Shown here: positions 1 through 13,300 of the stretch, in pieces | Layout: each line of letters begins with the position of its first letter | Numbering within the stretch: the first letter of the stretch is position 1 | Assembly (NCBI GenBank): GCA_964016885.1 | Contig: OZ024741.1 | Location: 181,226,001-181,290,000, forward strand | DNA: 64,000 bases | Direction: 5' to 3' | From: Eledone cirrhosa | Taxonomy: Eukaryota | The notes under the pieces: generated by a model | Databases searched by the model: none | What the model was told of the DNA's origin: nothing | Seen by the model: the letters and a program-made list of their open reading frames with translations, nothing else | Translations under genes and position numbers: made by a program

Positions 1-1164
1 AAAGAAAATATCAAAGGGAGAGAAATAAATCTCAAGTGTTAACAGTTAAATGAAGCGGAAGACTGTATGACAAGGATTATTTTCTTTCAGAAGCTTTCCT
101 TTCCATAGTCCACGTTACGGTGTAAACCCCAAGAGGAAATGAACACGACAATACGACAAAATAAAAGATGAATGGACAACAGTATAAACAGTTTATTTCA
201 GATAACTCCTCTTTTGTTGGTGTATGAAAGAAAGCGTGAATCTACAATTGCTCAAGAAATGTACACGTTTGAAGATGACTGCGGAAATATTTAGTAAAAG
301 ACCATTTGAAATGAAACATTAAGAATTAAAATGAATAGACCACTGTTGGTTTTGATAACGAAAAGCCCAGTGGTTCGCTCAGAGGAACAGCATGCTTGTA
401 AAATTAACGTACCCTTAATGTAATTCTATGGGAGACTCAATATAACACGTTGTGTAACAAAGCTGGCTTTTTCAATTACAGGCACATCAGTGAAGTTTCC
501 ACACGGTTTCTGTTTACCCAGTTTCATTCAAAATGTTCGGGTTACACCGAGACTATAGTAAAAGACTCCCCAAGATGCCACACAGTGAGAGACCAAACCC
601 AGAAAATTATTATTGTGAAGCTAACTATTTAGCCATGATACACCAGGCATTAAGAATAATAGAAGAATCAACTTCTGGACTGAATGGTGAAGTCTACGTT
701 GACGTAGAGTTTAGAATAAACATTTTAAATATTCTTTAAAATATTTAAGAAGAATTAAACATTAAAAATTATTTTTCTTCAGCCTATTAGAGAGAATAAA
801 GATAAGAGTTATCGGAAGAGGGAAACCATTGAAATATCAAATTATTTTAAACATGCAGCTTACAAGAAGTTCGATATACCGAATTATGAAGCATATTGTA
901 TTACTTTTCTTAAAGTTAATATGAAATTCAAGATTTTAAATTAAATTAGTGTAGATAAAATAATAAATAGTAAAAACATAGTTAACGCTACACGATAACA
1001 ATTTGTGATTGATTCCAGCAGGCTAAATCTTTTCGTACTATCAATGTTATTTCAAATTTTGTAATGGCGGAGCACGTTTCGTATTTGTTTCCTCTTGAAT
1101 AACTGTTTGACAAAATAAATACGTAGCAAATGTTGCTTGGTGTACAGAATGGTGTTATTCTTTC

Positions 1165-1502
1165 ATTCTTACGGGGGCGATAAAATAAAACAGCAGTGAT
1201 GTCCCGGGGTCGATTTAATCGATTTTCCCCTTTCAAATTGCTGGCCTTGTACCTAAAGTAGAAACAATTATTATATACATATTTTAAGGCAGGCGGGCTG
1301 GCAGAATCGTTGTAGTGTCCAATAAAATGGTTTGTAATATTTGTTCCGGTTCTATACAAAGTTTAAATCCTACTGAAGGTAACTTTAATTTTCATCATTG
1401 AGATGTCGATAAAATAAAATACCAGTCAAGTACTGGGGTGAATATAAATAACATCTCTCTTATTCCAAATTATTGGTCTTGTGTCTAAATTAGAAACCAT
1501 TA
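1165..1502 (+). mobile_element. Two degenerate copies of SINE family 1
   Basis: Contain GATAAAATAAAAxACCAG and GGCCTTGT...GTAGAAACAATT motifs shared with better copies (e.g. 48683-48870); GGCAGAATCG head at ~1300. Confidence 0.6.
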
Positions 1503-1966
1503 TATCAATGTTTTCCTTCCTTTTATTCACTAGAACAGAACAGAAAAAAGAAAAGGCAGAAAAAGAAGTTTTAACTCAAATCTTCTTAAATATTGTTATT
1601 TATTTCAAATTTGAATTTGAAACGGAAATCTTACAAAAATAAACTTGTAAGGGATGATTTATCCCGAAATGATCTTCTCGTTATATAGTACGAAGATGGA
1701 AATTAGGAAATTAATGTTGAAATGCAAAATGTGTAAACATTTAGTTAACTTACAAAGCATTGAGAAATTTGAGATTTGAAAATATAGTCGCCACAATGCA
1801 AACGGTTGACAGTCACTGATGCCTCTGTCCACCTTTTTCCGTCTCTAGGGGTACTTTATCCGATGTATTTAACTATTATATATATATATCAAATATTATA
1901 ATATTATATGCATTGTGACAACTATATTTTTTTATGTTTGCAACTGGTCTCTACGGCAACAGATAC

Positions 1967-2024
<58 letters not shown>
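1967..2024 (+). repeat. (TATC)n microsatellite, left edge of Tx1 array
   Basis: Perfect CTAT repeats. Confidence 0.97.
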
Positions 2025-2738
2025 GTACCGGTTTGTGACAAGATCTACAGGCACGGACGCCCCGGCAGGGATCCTTCCAAGAGGACGTGTCCAAGATGCG
2101 CGCAGGACATTGAAACAGTCCTGCACGTAATTGTACACTGCACGGGCGTAACCGACCCGTGGAACTATGCAGAACAACTGCTGTCGCGTATGGGACAAAT
2201 CCAGTTGACTGCCGAGTCCATAGTAAGGATCAAACCGCCACCCTTTTTCAAAAACGAAAGCGTGGCGGTTTTCCTCTGTACGGTGGCTATGGTGAAAGAA
2301 GTTATATGGTGGACGAGATTGAGAGGACTAAGGACAGATGCCTTTCTCTCCGGACAACAATTGATTCCCTTCTTTAAGTATCACTTTAAAAGGAGAATCA
2401 GAATGGAGAGAGAGGCACTACACCCCAGTAAATTTACTGAAAAGTGGGTGAATGTGTCAAAAATGGCCCGAGTGATTGGGCCTTCTCTGTTTGATTGGGC
2501 CTGTAGGTTAAAGAAGAGAGCAAAAGGAAGAAAGGAGCACTTGCACAACACGCTCCTGGAGTTGAGGATTGTTCTATCGACGGGGTATTAAACAACCCAT
2601 TTGTGGCGCCACGCCCCTATTAGGGATTTCGATTGTTGTAATTGTTTGTTTTATATTTTTTACACGACTATATGTAAAATCCCCGGCATGTCTTTGTATT
2701 GTCTCCTTTTCTTGTGTGCCCTTGTGGCTAATAAAGAA
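2025..2738 (+). mobile_element. 5'-truncated Tx1-like LINE (subfamily B): ORF2 C-terminal zinc-binding region plus 3' UTR
   Basis: CPRC..ETVLHVIVHC motif; closely matches 13323-14035; ends AATAAAGAA followed by (TATC)n. Confidence 0.93.
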
Positions 2739-2858
<120 letters not shown>

Positions 2859-3072
2859 CTGGGATGGACACATGTGTTAAACTTGCTCGGTAAGTTTTGT
2901 TTAAATTTCTTTAGAAATTCGTCATTGTGAACTTTTATTTTTATACCAATTTGTAGAGGGACTGACAGGTCAAATTTTGATCTGGTCAGTCTCCCAAAAT
3001 ATCGTGCCCTCGGGGCGAAAACATCCAACATATTTTCGAAAAGTTTTTGCAAAACACTTCAATTTTTAAAAA

Positions 3073-4924
3073 ATGGCCGAAGCAAAGGCACCTGCTTCTT
3101 TCTCAATACAAGAAGATGGGAAGGGAAAGCTATGCCTACTTGACCAGCAGGTAGTAGCAGACATGGACAAAGGAATGCCAACATTATCGCCTCAACATTT
3201 AGAAAAGGAACAAGCTTCAGTTGCTTGTAAGCAACTGAACATGTCTGACGTCACAAACGTCGCATGTATCCACACACAGAAGGAAGAATGTGTAGCAAAC
3301 ACTAACACCACCACAAGCAACAACAACAACAACAACACAACGAATGAGAACAACAACAATACAACAAAAGAAATCAGCGGTAACACAACGAATGAGACCA
3401 TCATCACCACCAACAACAACAATAACAAAATTTCATTTGCAGAAACCGTTGCTAAGCAACAGGATTTTGAATATTACCCCGTGGACATTTCCCAAAAGTT
3501 CCAATATTTGGAAGAAGCTTCCCACTATGTGACGTTTGAGGGAGACACTCCAAACATACACATCCCCCACAAGTAAGAGAGATGACACAGAAAAAGAAAC
3601 TGATCTACAGAACAATTGACATCATTACCAAAAAACCCATAACGCTCCCAACAAGCACTATTGAAGCTGCACTAAAAGACATCATTCCAGACGTGGCATA
3701 CCTCCAAAGAGCTAAACAGTATGGAAGTGTGTCAGTGCTCTTTAAGAGCGAAACTCTGGCTCAAAACCACTCGACTCACCCAATAAAAACGGATCAACAC
3801 ATCTTCTTCCCCACATACATGGGAAGAAGATCCTACAAAATAAAAATAACCAGGATCCCAGCAGAGGCCAACATATGGTGGATCCTACGCTGCATCCCAA
3901 AGAAGGATGAGGACACCCTCCTATCTGTAGACAGGACAGACAGGAATAAGTGGTTTGGAACCTGCATCGAGGTTCTGGTACAAACGAGGCTAGAGAGAGA
4001 GTTGAGAAAATCCCGGACAGGATCGTCCTTGAGGAAGATGTCATCTCCATTTTAGTGGAGGCGAAAAGACCTCAGTGCCATAAGTATGGGAAAACCACAT
4101 ACTTAAAGGACAAACAAGGTGTTATTACCAACATTACCAACACCAAAACCCCAACATCAACACCCAAACCAAACACAACACAAAAACCTGCAACATCCAC
4201 TCCCACACGACCACAGACCAGAGACAACCACACACATAAAATCCCACTGAAAAACCCTCCATTGCTTCCTTTTTCTCTGTCAAATACTTCCACAAACCCC
4301 TGCACAAACACTCCACCACACAACATACCCCTCCCATCTACCCCTGATTGAGAAGTTTCAAACACGGGAACCTCTACATCTGCAAGTGAGAATGAAGAGG
4401 AACCCCAAAAATCCCCAAAACAAAAAAGAGACAAAAAAACCACAAAAGCAAAAACATCTACAGAAAACACGCACACACCCAACCCCTCCATAAACACACC
4501 GCCACAAACGACAAACACACCAACACAATCACCACCAACACAACCAAACACTTGACCAACAAAACAAACACCCACACCACCACAATCACAACTACAAACA
4601 GAAACAGTACACATAAAAAACAAAACACTTTACACATACATAAGAACAACAAACAAAGAATTAGTAGAAACTGTCGAAAGGACCCTACTATCCAAACGGA
4701 AGGGAAAACCTTCCCCACTAACAACCCACCCCCAAACCTCAAACTGATCAGGGTAACAACCCTACAACATGAAACATTGAAAGGGATCTTCCCACATGAT
4801 GTGGGCCCCCCTTGCCAAAAACCCCCTTAACCGTGTCCTGCTAAAAGGATTCCCTCCCTCCCTAAACACCCCCAATCTGGACATAGAGATCGAATAACCC
4901 GACCTCCAGGAAACGAAAAGGTAA
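3073..4924 (+). pseudogene. Copy A ORF1 (gag-like, disrupted)
   Basis: Fragments (ISFAETV, QRAKQYGSVSVLFKSE, PTYMG, KIPDRIVLE, QTEGKTF, LKLIRV, DVGPPCQKP) are homologous to ORF1 of copies B and D. Confidence 0.88.
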
Positions 4925-4964
4925 GTGTTCCTGACTTTTCTCTCCTTAACTCTTCTTCACCAGC

Positions 4965-7822
4965 ATGGCGACTATACAAGCTGGATGTTTGAATGTACGT
5001 GGCCTAGGCATGTCCTGGAAACAGGGCCAGCTTTTAAATGATCTCAGGTCACATTGTATAGATGTGATAGCCATCACCGAGTCCAGGATTCACGACAAGC
5101 AGCAGCTAACCCCCATGTTCGATGACTTTGAGATCTACGCATCTCTCTGTCAGCCAGGAGGTGGAGGGGGAGTTGCTGTTCTGTTTCGAAAAACTTGGAT
5201 CTCAAAATACAGATGATTCACTTGGACTCGGAGAGCAGCTTGGTGGTCCTGAGCATGAATGGTAGTGAAGATGGAGCTTTCAGACTGGTGGATGTATATG
5301 CCCTGACTGGGACATCGCGACCAGAGTTCTTCAAGCGTCTGGAGCCATTCCTGGGAACGTCTCGCTCCTTAGTGTTAGCAGGGGACTGGAATGGCATCTT
5401 TGATGCACGTTGGGACTATGTCGGAACTTGTGATAATAGAGATGAGTGTAATAACCTCAAAAATCTCATCAGCCAATTCCAACTGGCTGATAGATATCGA
5501 CTAGACTTCCCATGTGTACCACTGTGGACATGGAGCAACCGTACTGGGTCTTCTAGATCCTATTTAGATAGATTTTTAATTAGACTTGAATCCAAGCAGA
5601 TGTGCACGGCCTTCCAGCAGCATTTTGCACAACTGTTCGGGAAACCGGTACGTCAAGGGAGGTGATGGACTTCAGCACCTACCTAGACGGCGTACCACGA
5701 CTCTCGAGCGCGGATGCAGAGAGCTGCGAAAGGCTGATCACAGCGGGTGAAATAGAAGATCCCTTAGGCCGCTGCTGGAAATGCAAATCACCCGGTTTAG
5801 ATGGTCTACCCTATGAGTTTTACATAAGCATGCCAAACTTGTTCTCTGGCGTCCTCGAAGCGGTCTACTGCAACTGGCAGCAGAACGGGAGGATTCCCAG
5901 TTCTATAGGCAGAGGCGTAGTAACGCTAATCAGGAAAGATGAGAACAAGGGCGATGAGATAAGCAATTTCAGGCCCATAACTCTGCTCAGCATAGAGTTA
6001 AAGATTTTGGCCAAGGTGTTAGCAGCAAGGCTGGCGCTTGTCGTCGAGAACCTGGAAGGGGAAGCCCAAACGTGTGCAATCCCGACCAGGTCCATACACG
6101 ACAACCTCCACCTCATGCGATACATCATAAACCTGGCTTTGGTGGGGCTCTGATCAATTTAGATCAGTCTAAGGCATTTAATAGGGTCGACCATCAATAC
6201 TTGGAAGCAGTTCTCAAGGCGGCCGGCTTCGGTCCTGTCTTCAGAGGCTGGATCGCGGCGATGCACACCAGCATCTGCTCGGCAGTCAAGGTGAATGGCT
6301 AACTATCAGAGCCATTCCAAATCATGCGTTCTATCCGTCAGGGGTGCACTCTCTCCTCCATTCTGTATGTACTGACTCTCGAGCCATTACTGCGGAAGCT
6401 GGAGCTGTTGCAGGGCATCCCGATCGAACCAGGACCGAGGAAAGCAACGTCTGCCTATGCTGACGACATAACCGTAATGGTGTCGAAAACCTCGGACATC
6501 GGGGTAATCGGCAACCTATTACAGGAATACGAAAGATTGACAGGAGAAAGACTAAACCCAAACGAGTCTGTCGGTTTGCAACTCAGTACATGGAGAAGCA
6601 AACCCATGCCTTCCGACTGTCGTTGGACGCTGGACGGAAGGACCGGTGAAATTGCTCGGGGTCTGTTTTAGTTTAGACCTTCAGGTGGACAAGAACTGGA
6701 ACGAGGTCACGGCAAAGGTGTTTGCACTCACCCAGAAGTGGGCTGAGTGCAAACTCTCTTTGAAAGGTCGAGCGGAGGTGGCGAACACTTACATAGCGTC
6801 CGTCATCTACTACCGCTTGACATTGTCCCCGCGAATACCTCACCAAAATGGAACGCCTACTCTTCAAGTTCCTCTGGAAGAAACAGGTTCCATTGGTGAG
6901 GAGATCCATCTGCTGTCAACACCCTTCTAAACGAAGGACTGGGCATGCCGTGGCTGATGATGCGCAAACACGCGCTGAGGCTACGCCATCTCCAGGTATT
7001 CCTGACCGGTGAACCGCTGTGGCTGTCGTTTGTGAGACGAGCTCTTCCACAACTCGTCTCACTAACAGAGCTGCAGTCCTGGGTCAAGCGAAGACAGAAA
7101 ATGAGCGCCTGCACGTCGAGTGCATTCAGGCGCTCGCAGCCCACTACCAAGCGGAAACGGCAATCAGCGGAGACTTCACTTCGACATTCTATAGGGGATT
7201 AGTGGAGGATAAGTGCGACGACGTTCTCGGGGAAACTCTAGGCATCGAGGAAGACGAACTGACCAGTCTGTTCGGGAGGACTTTCCGTCCAGGGCCTATG
7301 GATAATTTCCAGAGGTCTCTGGCCTGGTAGTGCTACCGAGGAGCTCTACCAGTTCGAGACAAAATCTACAGGTACGGACGCCCTGGCAGAGATCCTGCCA
7401 AAAGGACCTGTCCAAGATGCGAGTAGGACATCGAAACCGTTCTGCGCGCAATTGTTCAGTGCCCAGGGGTGACCGACCTGTGGAATTATGTCGAACAGCT
7501 ACTGTCACGTGTAGGACGCATCCAGTTGTCAGCCGAGTCCATCGTGAGGATCACCCCGCCGCCTTCATTTAAGAATGAACGAGAGGTGGTCTTCCTGTGT
7601 TTGGTGGCTATGGCGAAAGAGGTAATATGGTGGACGAGGTTAAAAGGACTGAGGGCAAGCACCTTTCTCTCCGGACAAAAACTCATCCCCTTCTTTAAGT
7701 ACCACTTAAGGAAGATGAGAGTGGAGAGAGAGGTGCTACACCCCAGTAAATTCGCTGAAAGGTGGGTGAATATGGTGAAAATGGCCCGAGTGAATGGGCC
7801 TTCTCTGTATATAAACCTGTAG
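4965..7822 (+). pseudogene. Copy A ORF2 (APE endonuclease + RT), frameshifted with an internal deletion
   Basis: LNVRGL, GDWN, KSPGLDG, FRPITLL, RQGC, YADD motifs; about 540 bp missing at ~5584 relative to copy B; TAG at 7328-7330. Confidence 0.93.
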
Positions 7823-8070
7823 GTTGAGGAAGATAAACAGAGGGAAGACGGGAACACCTACAAAACGTGTTCCTGGTGTTGAGGGTTGTTCTATCCACGG
7901 GGTGTAAAACAACCCCGCAGTAGCGTTACTCCTCCCTAATGGGGATTTCAATTGTTTTATTTTTATATAGTTTATTGTTATTTATCATTGTTAAACATTT
8001 TATGTAAAACCCCCGCCGTCACGTCTTGTAATGTCCCATTTTTGTACGCCTCTGTGGCAAATAAAGAAAG

Positions 8071-8192
<122 letters not shown>

Positions 8193-8409
8193 CTCTTTCT
8201 GTCTGACGTGTGGAACATCGCCGGTAAGCTTTTTTGTTAATTTCCATGCAAAAAAGCGAACTAATTGTTTGAAAAAACATAACACTTTGTAGATTAACCC
8301 CCAAGCTGAATTATCAGCTGGGTAGTAATCCCATTTTTCGCCCCTGTAGGGGCGAAAATTTTATTTTAAAAATTTGTTTTAAAATATCAGATTTTACAAA
8401 CTAAATAAC

Positions 8410-10314
8410 TTGAGCAACACAAGAACGCTGGAGAACGTTAATAGAGAAGAGAGAGAGAAAGAGGAAGATATTAACGTTATATCTGCTTCTGCTACTATGG
8501 ACGTCGCCATAGATACAAGTGTCAACAAAGAGAAAAATATATTAACACTTGAAAATTTTAAAATTTCTACCGTCGAAGCGGAGAAAAATAACAATAACAC
8601 ACAGGAAAACACAGGAATTAAACCCATTAACATAGATACACATGAAAAAGACATCAACAACTCTACAGATACATATACACATAATGTTTCACCTCGACAA
8701 GGAACTGAGATTTCCAACAACGATAACAACAACAACAACAGCAACACCACACAAAAAAAGAAAATGTCTTTCGCTGAAACAGTGAACAAAAAACAAGATT
8801 TTATAAATCTTGATATCTCCAACGCAAGAGATATGCTCCAGCAAGGGAGAAAATTTGTAACTTTCGAAGAAAGACGTGGGTTTAGAATTAACTCACCACT
8901 TGAAATAAAGGAAGACACAATCCGCAGATCAGTCACCTTTAGGACTGTGTCAAATTCCACAAGAAAGCCGACATTTGTTAACCAAGCAGATATAGAAGAT
9001 ATTTTCAAGGAAATTCTAGCAAATGTCGATTTTCTCCAGCGAGGAAAACAGTACGGAAGTGTTTCCGTACTGTTTAAAAGCGAGGCACTCGCCCCAAAAA
9101 ACTCTGTGACACCAATGGTGTCAAAAGCATACACCTTTTCCCCTACATACATGGGAAAAAGGACACAAAAAATAAAAATAAAAAACATACCTCCAAACAT
9201 TAACATCTGGCGGATCTTGGCTGGCTTCGTAGAGCCAGAAACTGATATGATACTTTCGATACGAAAATCTATTCGACAAAGGTGGGCGGGCACAGATTTG
9301 GAGATTCTGTTTTTAATGAAACCGGAGAGAATCTCCAAAATACCCGAAAGAGTCGTTATTGATAATAACAACAAAATAAACATTTCGGTAGAAGGACGAA
9401 AATTTCACTGCTTTCGCTGTGGTAGCACATCTCACCTAAAAGCCTCTTGTCCACAAACACACAACAGCAACATCATAAAAAAAACGCTATTACCAACACC
9501 AACACCAAAACAACCACCACCACCACCATAAGTACAACGACAGACGAAACGAGCAACCACACCAAAACAAACAGACACTCAACCAACAACAACAGAAAAA
9601 ACAGAGACAACACCCCTGAAGAACACATCCCCACTCCATCCCACTCCATCAAACACTACCACAAACACACATACCGAAACACCACCACCACCACACAACA
9701 TACCCTTACCCCACACACCTGACGATGATTATTCATCGACGGATGAAGCTGCTTCTCCTTCTTTAAGTGAAGAAGAGGGAGAACCGCGGATATCCAAAAA
9801 ACAAAAAAAGAGACACCACAAAACCCCCAAAACTCCAATCACCAACACCAACACACAACCACAGACACAAACAACAACACAAACAACACCACAGTCAAAC
9901 ACCCCCCTATCAGCAAAACCAGCACCAACACCACCCCAAACACAAGCACCCACCATAAAAAGAAAACTCCCAGATGAACAACAAACTAAAACAATACAAC
10001 AAAAACACAAACAACAATACGCATACATCAACACAAACAACAAGAGTTTGATGGAGGTCATCTCCCAAAACCCCAAGGTGGAGACGGAGGGCAAAACTTT
10101 CGTCAAGGCAGAATCGTCTCCACACCTTAAACTTATAAGGGTTTCTATGGAAACCTATAAAGACCTGAAAATTAAATTTTCACAGGACGTGGGCAACCCC
10201 TGCCACAAACCCATCAACCGCGTCCTGTTGAAAGGTTTCCCCACCCCACCCAACACCCCATCCAGCACCCAAATGGAGATTGAACAACCCGATCTCCAGG
10301 AAACGAACAGGTAA
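8410..10314 (+). pseudogene. Copy B ORF1 (CCHC zinc knuckle, disrupted after ~9530)
   Basis: CFRCGSTSHLKASC knuckle; TTG where the paralogue at 62948 has ATG; conserved C-terminus 10048-10314. Confidence 0.88.
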
Positions 10315-10355
10315 GTGCACCTTTCGTCCTTTTTCTCCAACTTTTCTTCACCAAC

Positions 10356-13300
10356 ATGGCTGGTTTACGAGTTGGAACCGTGAATGTGCGTGGCCTAGGG
10401 ATGCCCTGGAAACAGGGCCAACTTTTAAACGACCTTAGGTCACACAGTATGGATGTGATAGCCATCACCGAGTCCAGAATCCACAACAGGCAGCAACTAA
10501 CCCCCATCTTCGACGACTTTGAGATCTACGCATCTCTCTGTCAGCCAGGAGGTGGAGGTGGAGTGGCTGTTATGTTTCGGAAGAACCTGGACGTCGGAGT
10601 ACAGCAAGTACACTTGGACCCGGAGGGTAGACTGGTAGTCCTAGACGTGAACAGTATCGGAGGTGGAGCCTTCAGACTGGTGGCCGTTTATGCCCCGACC
10701 GGGCAATCGCAATCACGGCCAGACTTCTTTAAGCGTCTAGAGTCTTTTCTGGGAACGTCTCGCTCCTTACTTTTAGTGGGGGACTGGAATGGTATCCTAG
10801 ATGCACGATGGGACTATGTGGGAGCATGTCCCAGTAGAGCGGGGTGCAACAGCCTCAAAACTTTAATCGGCCAATTCCAACTGGCCGATAGGTATCGACT
10901 GGATTTCCCGACTGCACCACAGTGGACGTGGGTAAACCGCAGTGGGACATCTAGATCGTATTTAGATAGGTTCTTCATTAGAGAAAGGGACAAGGATATG
11001 TTAAGCTGTCCACGAATGCACATGGTTGCCTATTCAGATCACAAGTTAGTCGTCTGCTTAGTCAACCGTGATAGAATACATAGACAGGGTCCCGGATACT
11101 GGAAGCTGAACGTGTCGTTGCCGGCACGTAAAGCTTACAGTGAACGGATAAGTAAACTAGTCAAGCAACAGTTAACGGGAGCCATCGTCAACAATAGATG
11201 GTGGTACTCTCTCAAGAAAGCAATTAGAATAGAATCGATAGGGTATAGCAGAGAGTTAGCCTTAGAGAAAAACAGAATAGAAAGAGAACTAGTAGCCAAG
11301 GTAGAGGAGGCACTTAGAAGTGGCAACGCGGCTAGAGTGTTAGCGTCGAGAACGGCACTGGACCAGTTCTTCGATGCGAAACACGAAGGCTGCGGGGTCA
11401 GAAGCAAAACACGTGCTCTAGGAAACGAAGGAGCGAAAGCTGTCAGCTGGGCCCGAGTGGCGGAGGCAAAAAGTGGCAACAAGTCCACGATTCGGTCTTT
11501 GAAAGACCAAAACGGACGCGTGCTACTTGACCCCAAGCAAATGTGCGCGGCCTTTCAGCGGCACTTTGCGCGACTGTTTGAGCAGAACGACGGTGAGCCG
11601 AACGGGGCAATGGACTTTAGTTCATACCTCGACGGCCTGCCGCGTCTCTCGAACACGGACGCCGAGTTCTGCGAAAGACCGATCACGGACACTGAGATAC
11701 GGGACGCTCTGGGCCGCTGCGGGAAACGCAAGTCACCCGGTCTAGATGGTCTACCCTACGAATTTTACATAGGCATGCCGGACTTGTTCTCTGGCGTCCT
11801 TGAAGCCGTCTACTGCAATTGGCAGCAGAACGGGAGAATTCCCAGTTCTGCAGGCAAGGGCGTAGTAACGCTGATCAGGAAAGACGAGAACAAGGGGGAC
11901 GAAATTAACAACTTCAGGCCCATAACTCTGCTCAACACAGAGTTAAAGATTTTGGCCAAGGTGCTAGCGACGAGGTTGGCGCTTGTCGTCGAGAACCTGG
12001 TAGGGAAAGCCCAAACGTGTGCAATCCGGACCAGGTCCATACACGACAACCTCCACCTCATGCGATACATCATAGAGAGGGTGGGTAGTAAACCCGGCTT
12101 CGGTGGGGCTCTGATCAACTTGGATCAGTCTAAGGCATTCGATAGGGTCGACCATCGATACTTGGAAGCGGTTCTCAAGGCGGCCGGTTTCGGTCCCGTG
12201 TTCAGAGGATGGATCGAGGCGATGCACACCAGCATCTGCTCGAGGGTCAAGGTGAACGGCTACCTATCGGAGCCGTTCGCAATCACGCGTTCCATTCGAC
12301 AGGGATGCCCTCTCTCCTCCATTCTGTATGTATTGACTCTAGAGCCACTACTGCGGAAATTGGAGCTGTTGCAGGGCATCCCCCTAGAACCGGGACTGCG
12401 CAAAGCGGCGTCGGCTTATGCCGACGACGTGACAGTAATGGTGTCGAGCACCTCGGAAATCGGGGTGATCGGCAACATACTGAAAGAATACGAAACGCTG
12501 ACGGGAGCAAAACTAAACCCAGACAAGTCTGTCGGTTTGCAACTCGGTACGTGGAGAGGCAAACCGATGACATCCGACAGCGTCGTTGGACGCTGGACGG
12601 ACGGACCGGTGAAATTGCTCGGGGTCTGGTTCGGTCCAGACCTCCAGGTGGAGAAAAACTGGAACGAGGTCACGGCCAAGGTGTTTGCACTCACTCAGAA
12701 GTGGGTAGAGTGCAAACTCTCCTTGAAAGGTCGAGCGGAGGTGGCGAACACTTTCATAGCGTCCGTCATCTACTACCGCTTGACTGTCGTGCCTTGTCCC
12801 CGTGAACACCTCGCCAAGATGGAACGCATGCTCTTCCAGTTTCTGTGGAAGAAGCAGGCTCCGCTGGTGAGGAGATCCGTCTGCTGTCAGCACCCTTCCA
12901 ACGGAGGGCTGGGAATGCCGTGGCTGATGATGCGCAAACATGCGCTGAGGCTGCGGCATCTCCAGGTATTCCTCACCGACCCCCAACCGGTGTGGGCACC
13001 GTTTGTGAGACAGGCTTTCCCACAGCTCGTCTCGCTAACGGAGCTGCAGTCCTGGGTGAAGAAAAGACCGAAAACGATGGGCGCCTGGCACATTGAATGC
13101 GCTCAGGCGCTCACAGTCCTCTGGCAAGCGGGCGCAGCAATCAGTGGAGACTCCACTTCGACATTCTATAGAGGGATTGTACATTACAAGGGCGACGACG
13201 TGTTCGGAGAGACTCTGGGCGTCGAAGACGATGAGCTCACCAGTATGTTTGGTAGGACTTTCCGCCCGGGACCTATGGACAACTTCCAGAGGTCCCTGGC

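Larger units (their letters stand above)
2859..8070 (+). mobile_element. Near full-length decayed Tx1-like LINE, copy A
   Basis: 5' UTR, disrupted ORF1 and ORF2, 3' UTR ending AATAAAGAAAG followed by (TATC)n. Confidence 0.93.

Noticed and set aside
1-900. Short ORFs, one with an SPRC motif
   Set aside because: Possibly very old LINE debris, but there are no convincing motifs and no call can be supported.
1908-2591. 227-aa ORF as a gene
   Set aside because: Chimera of flank, translated TATC repeat and a truncated ORF2 with a frameshift near its end.
8394-9383. 329-aa minus-strand ORF (also 16168-16923 and 4072-4623)
   Set aside because: Antisense shadows of A/C-rich ORF1; extents differ between copies.
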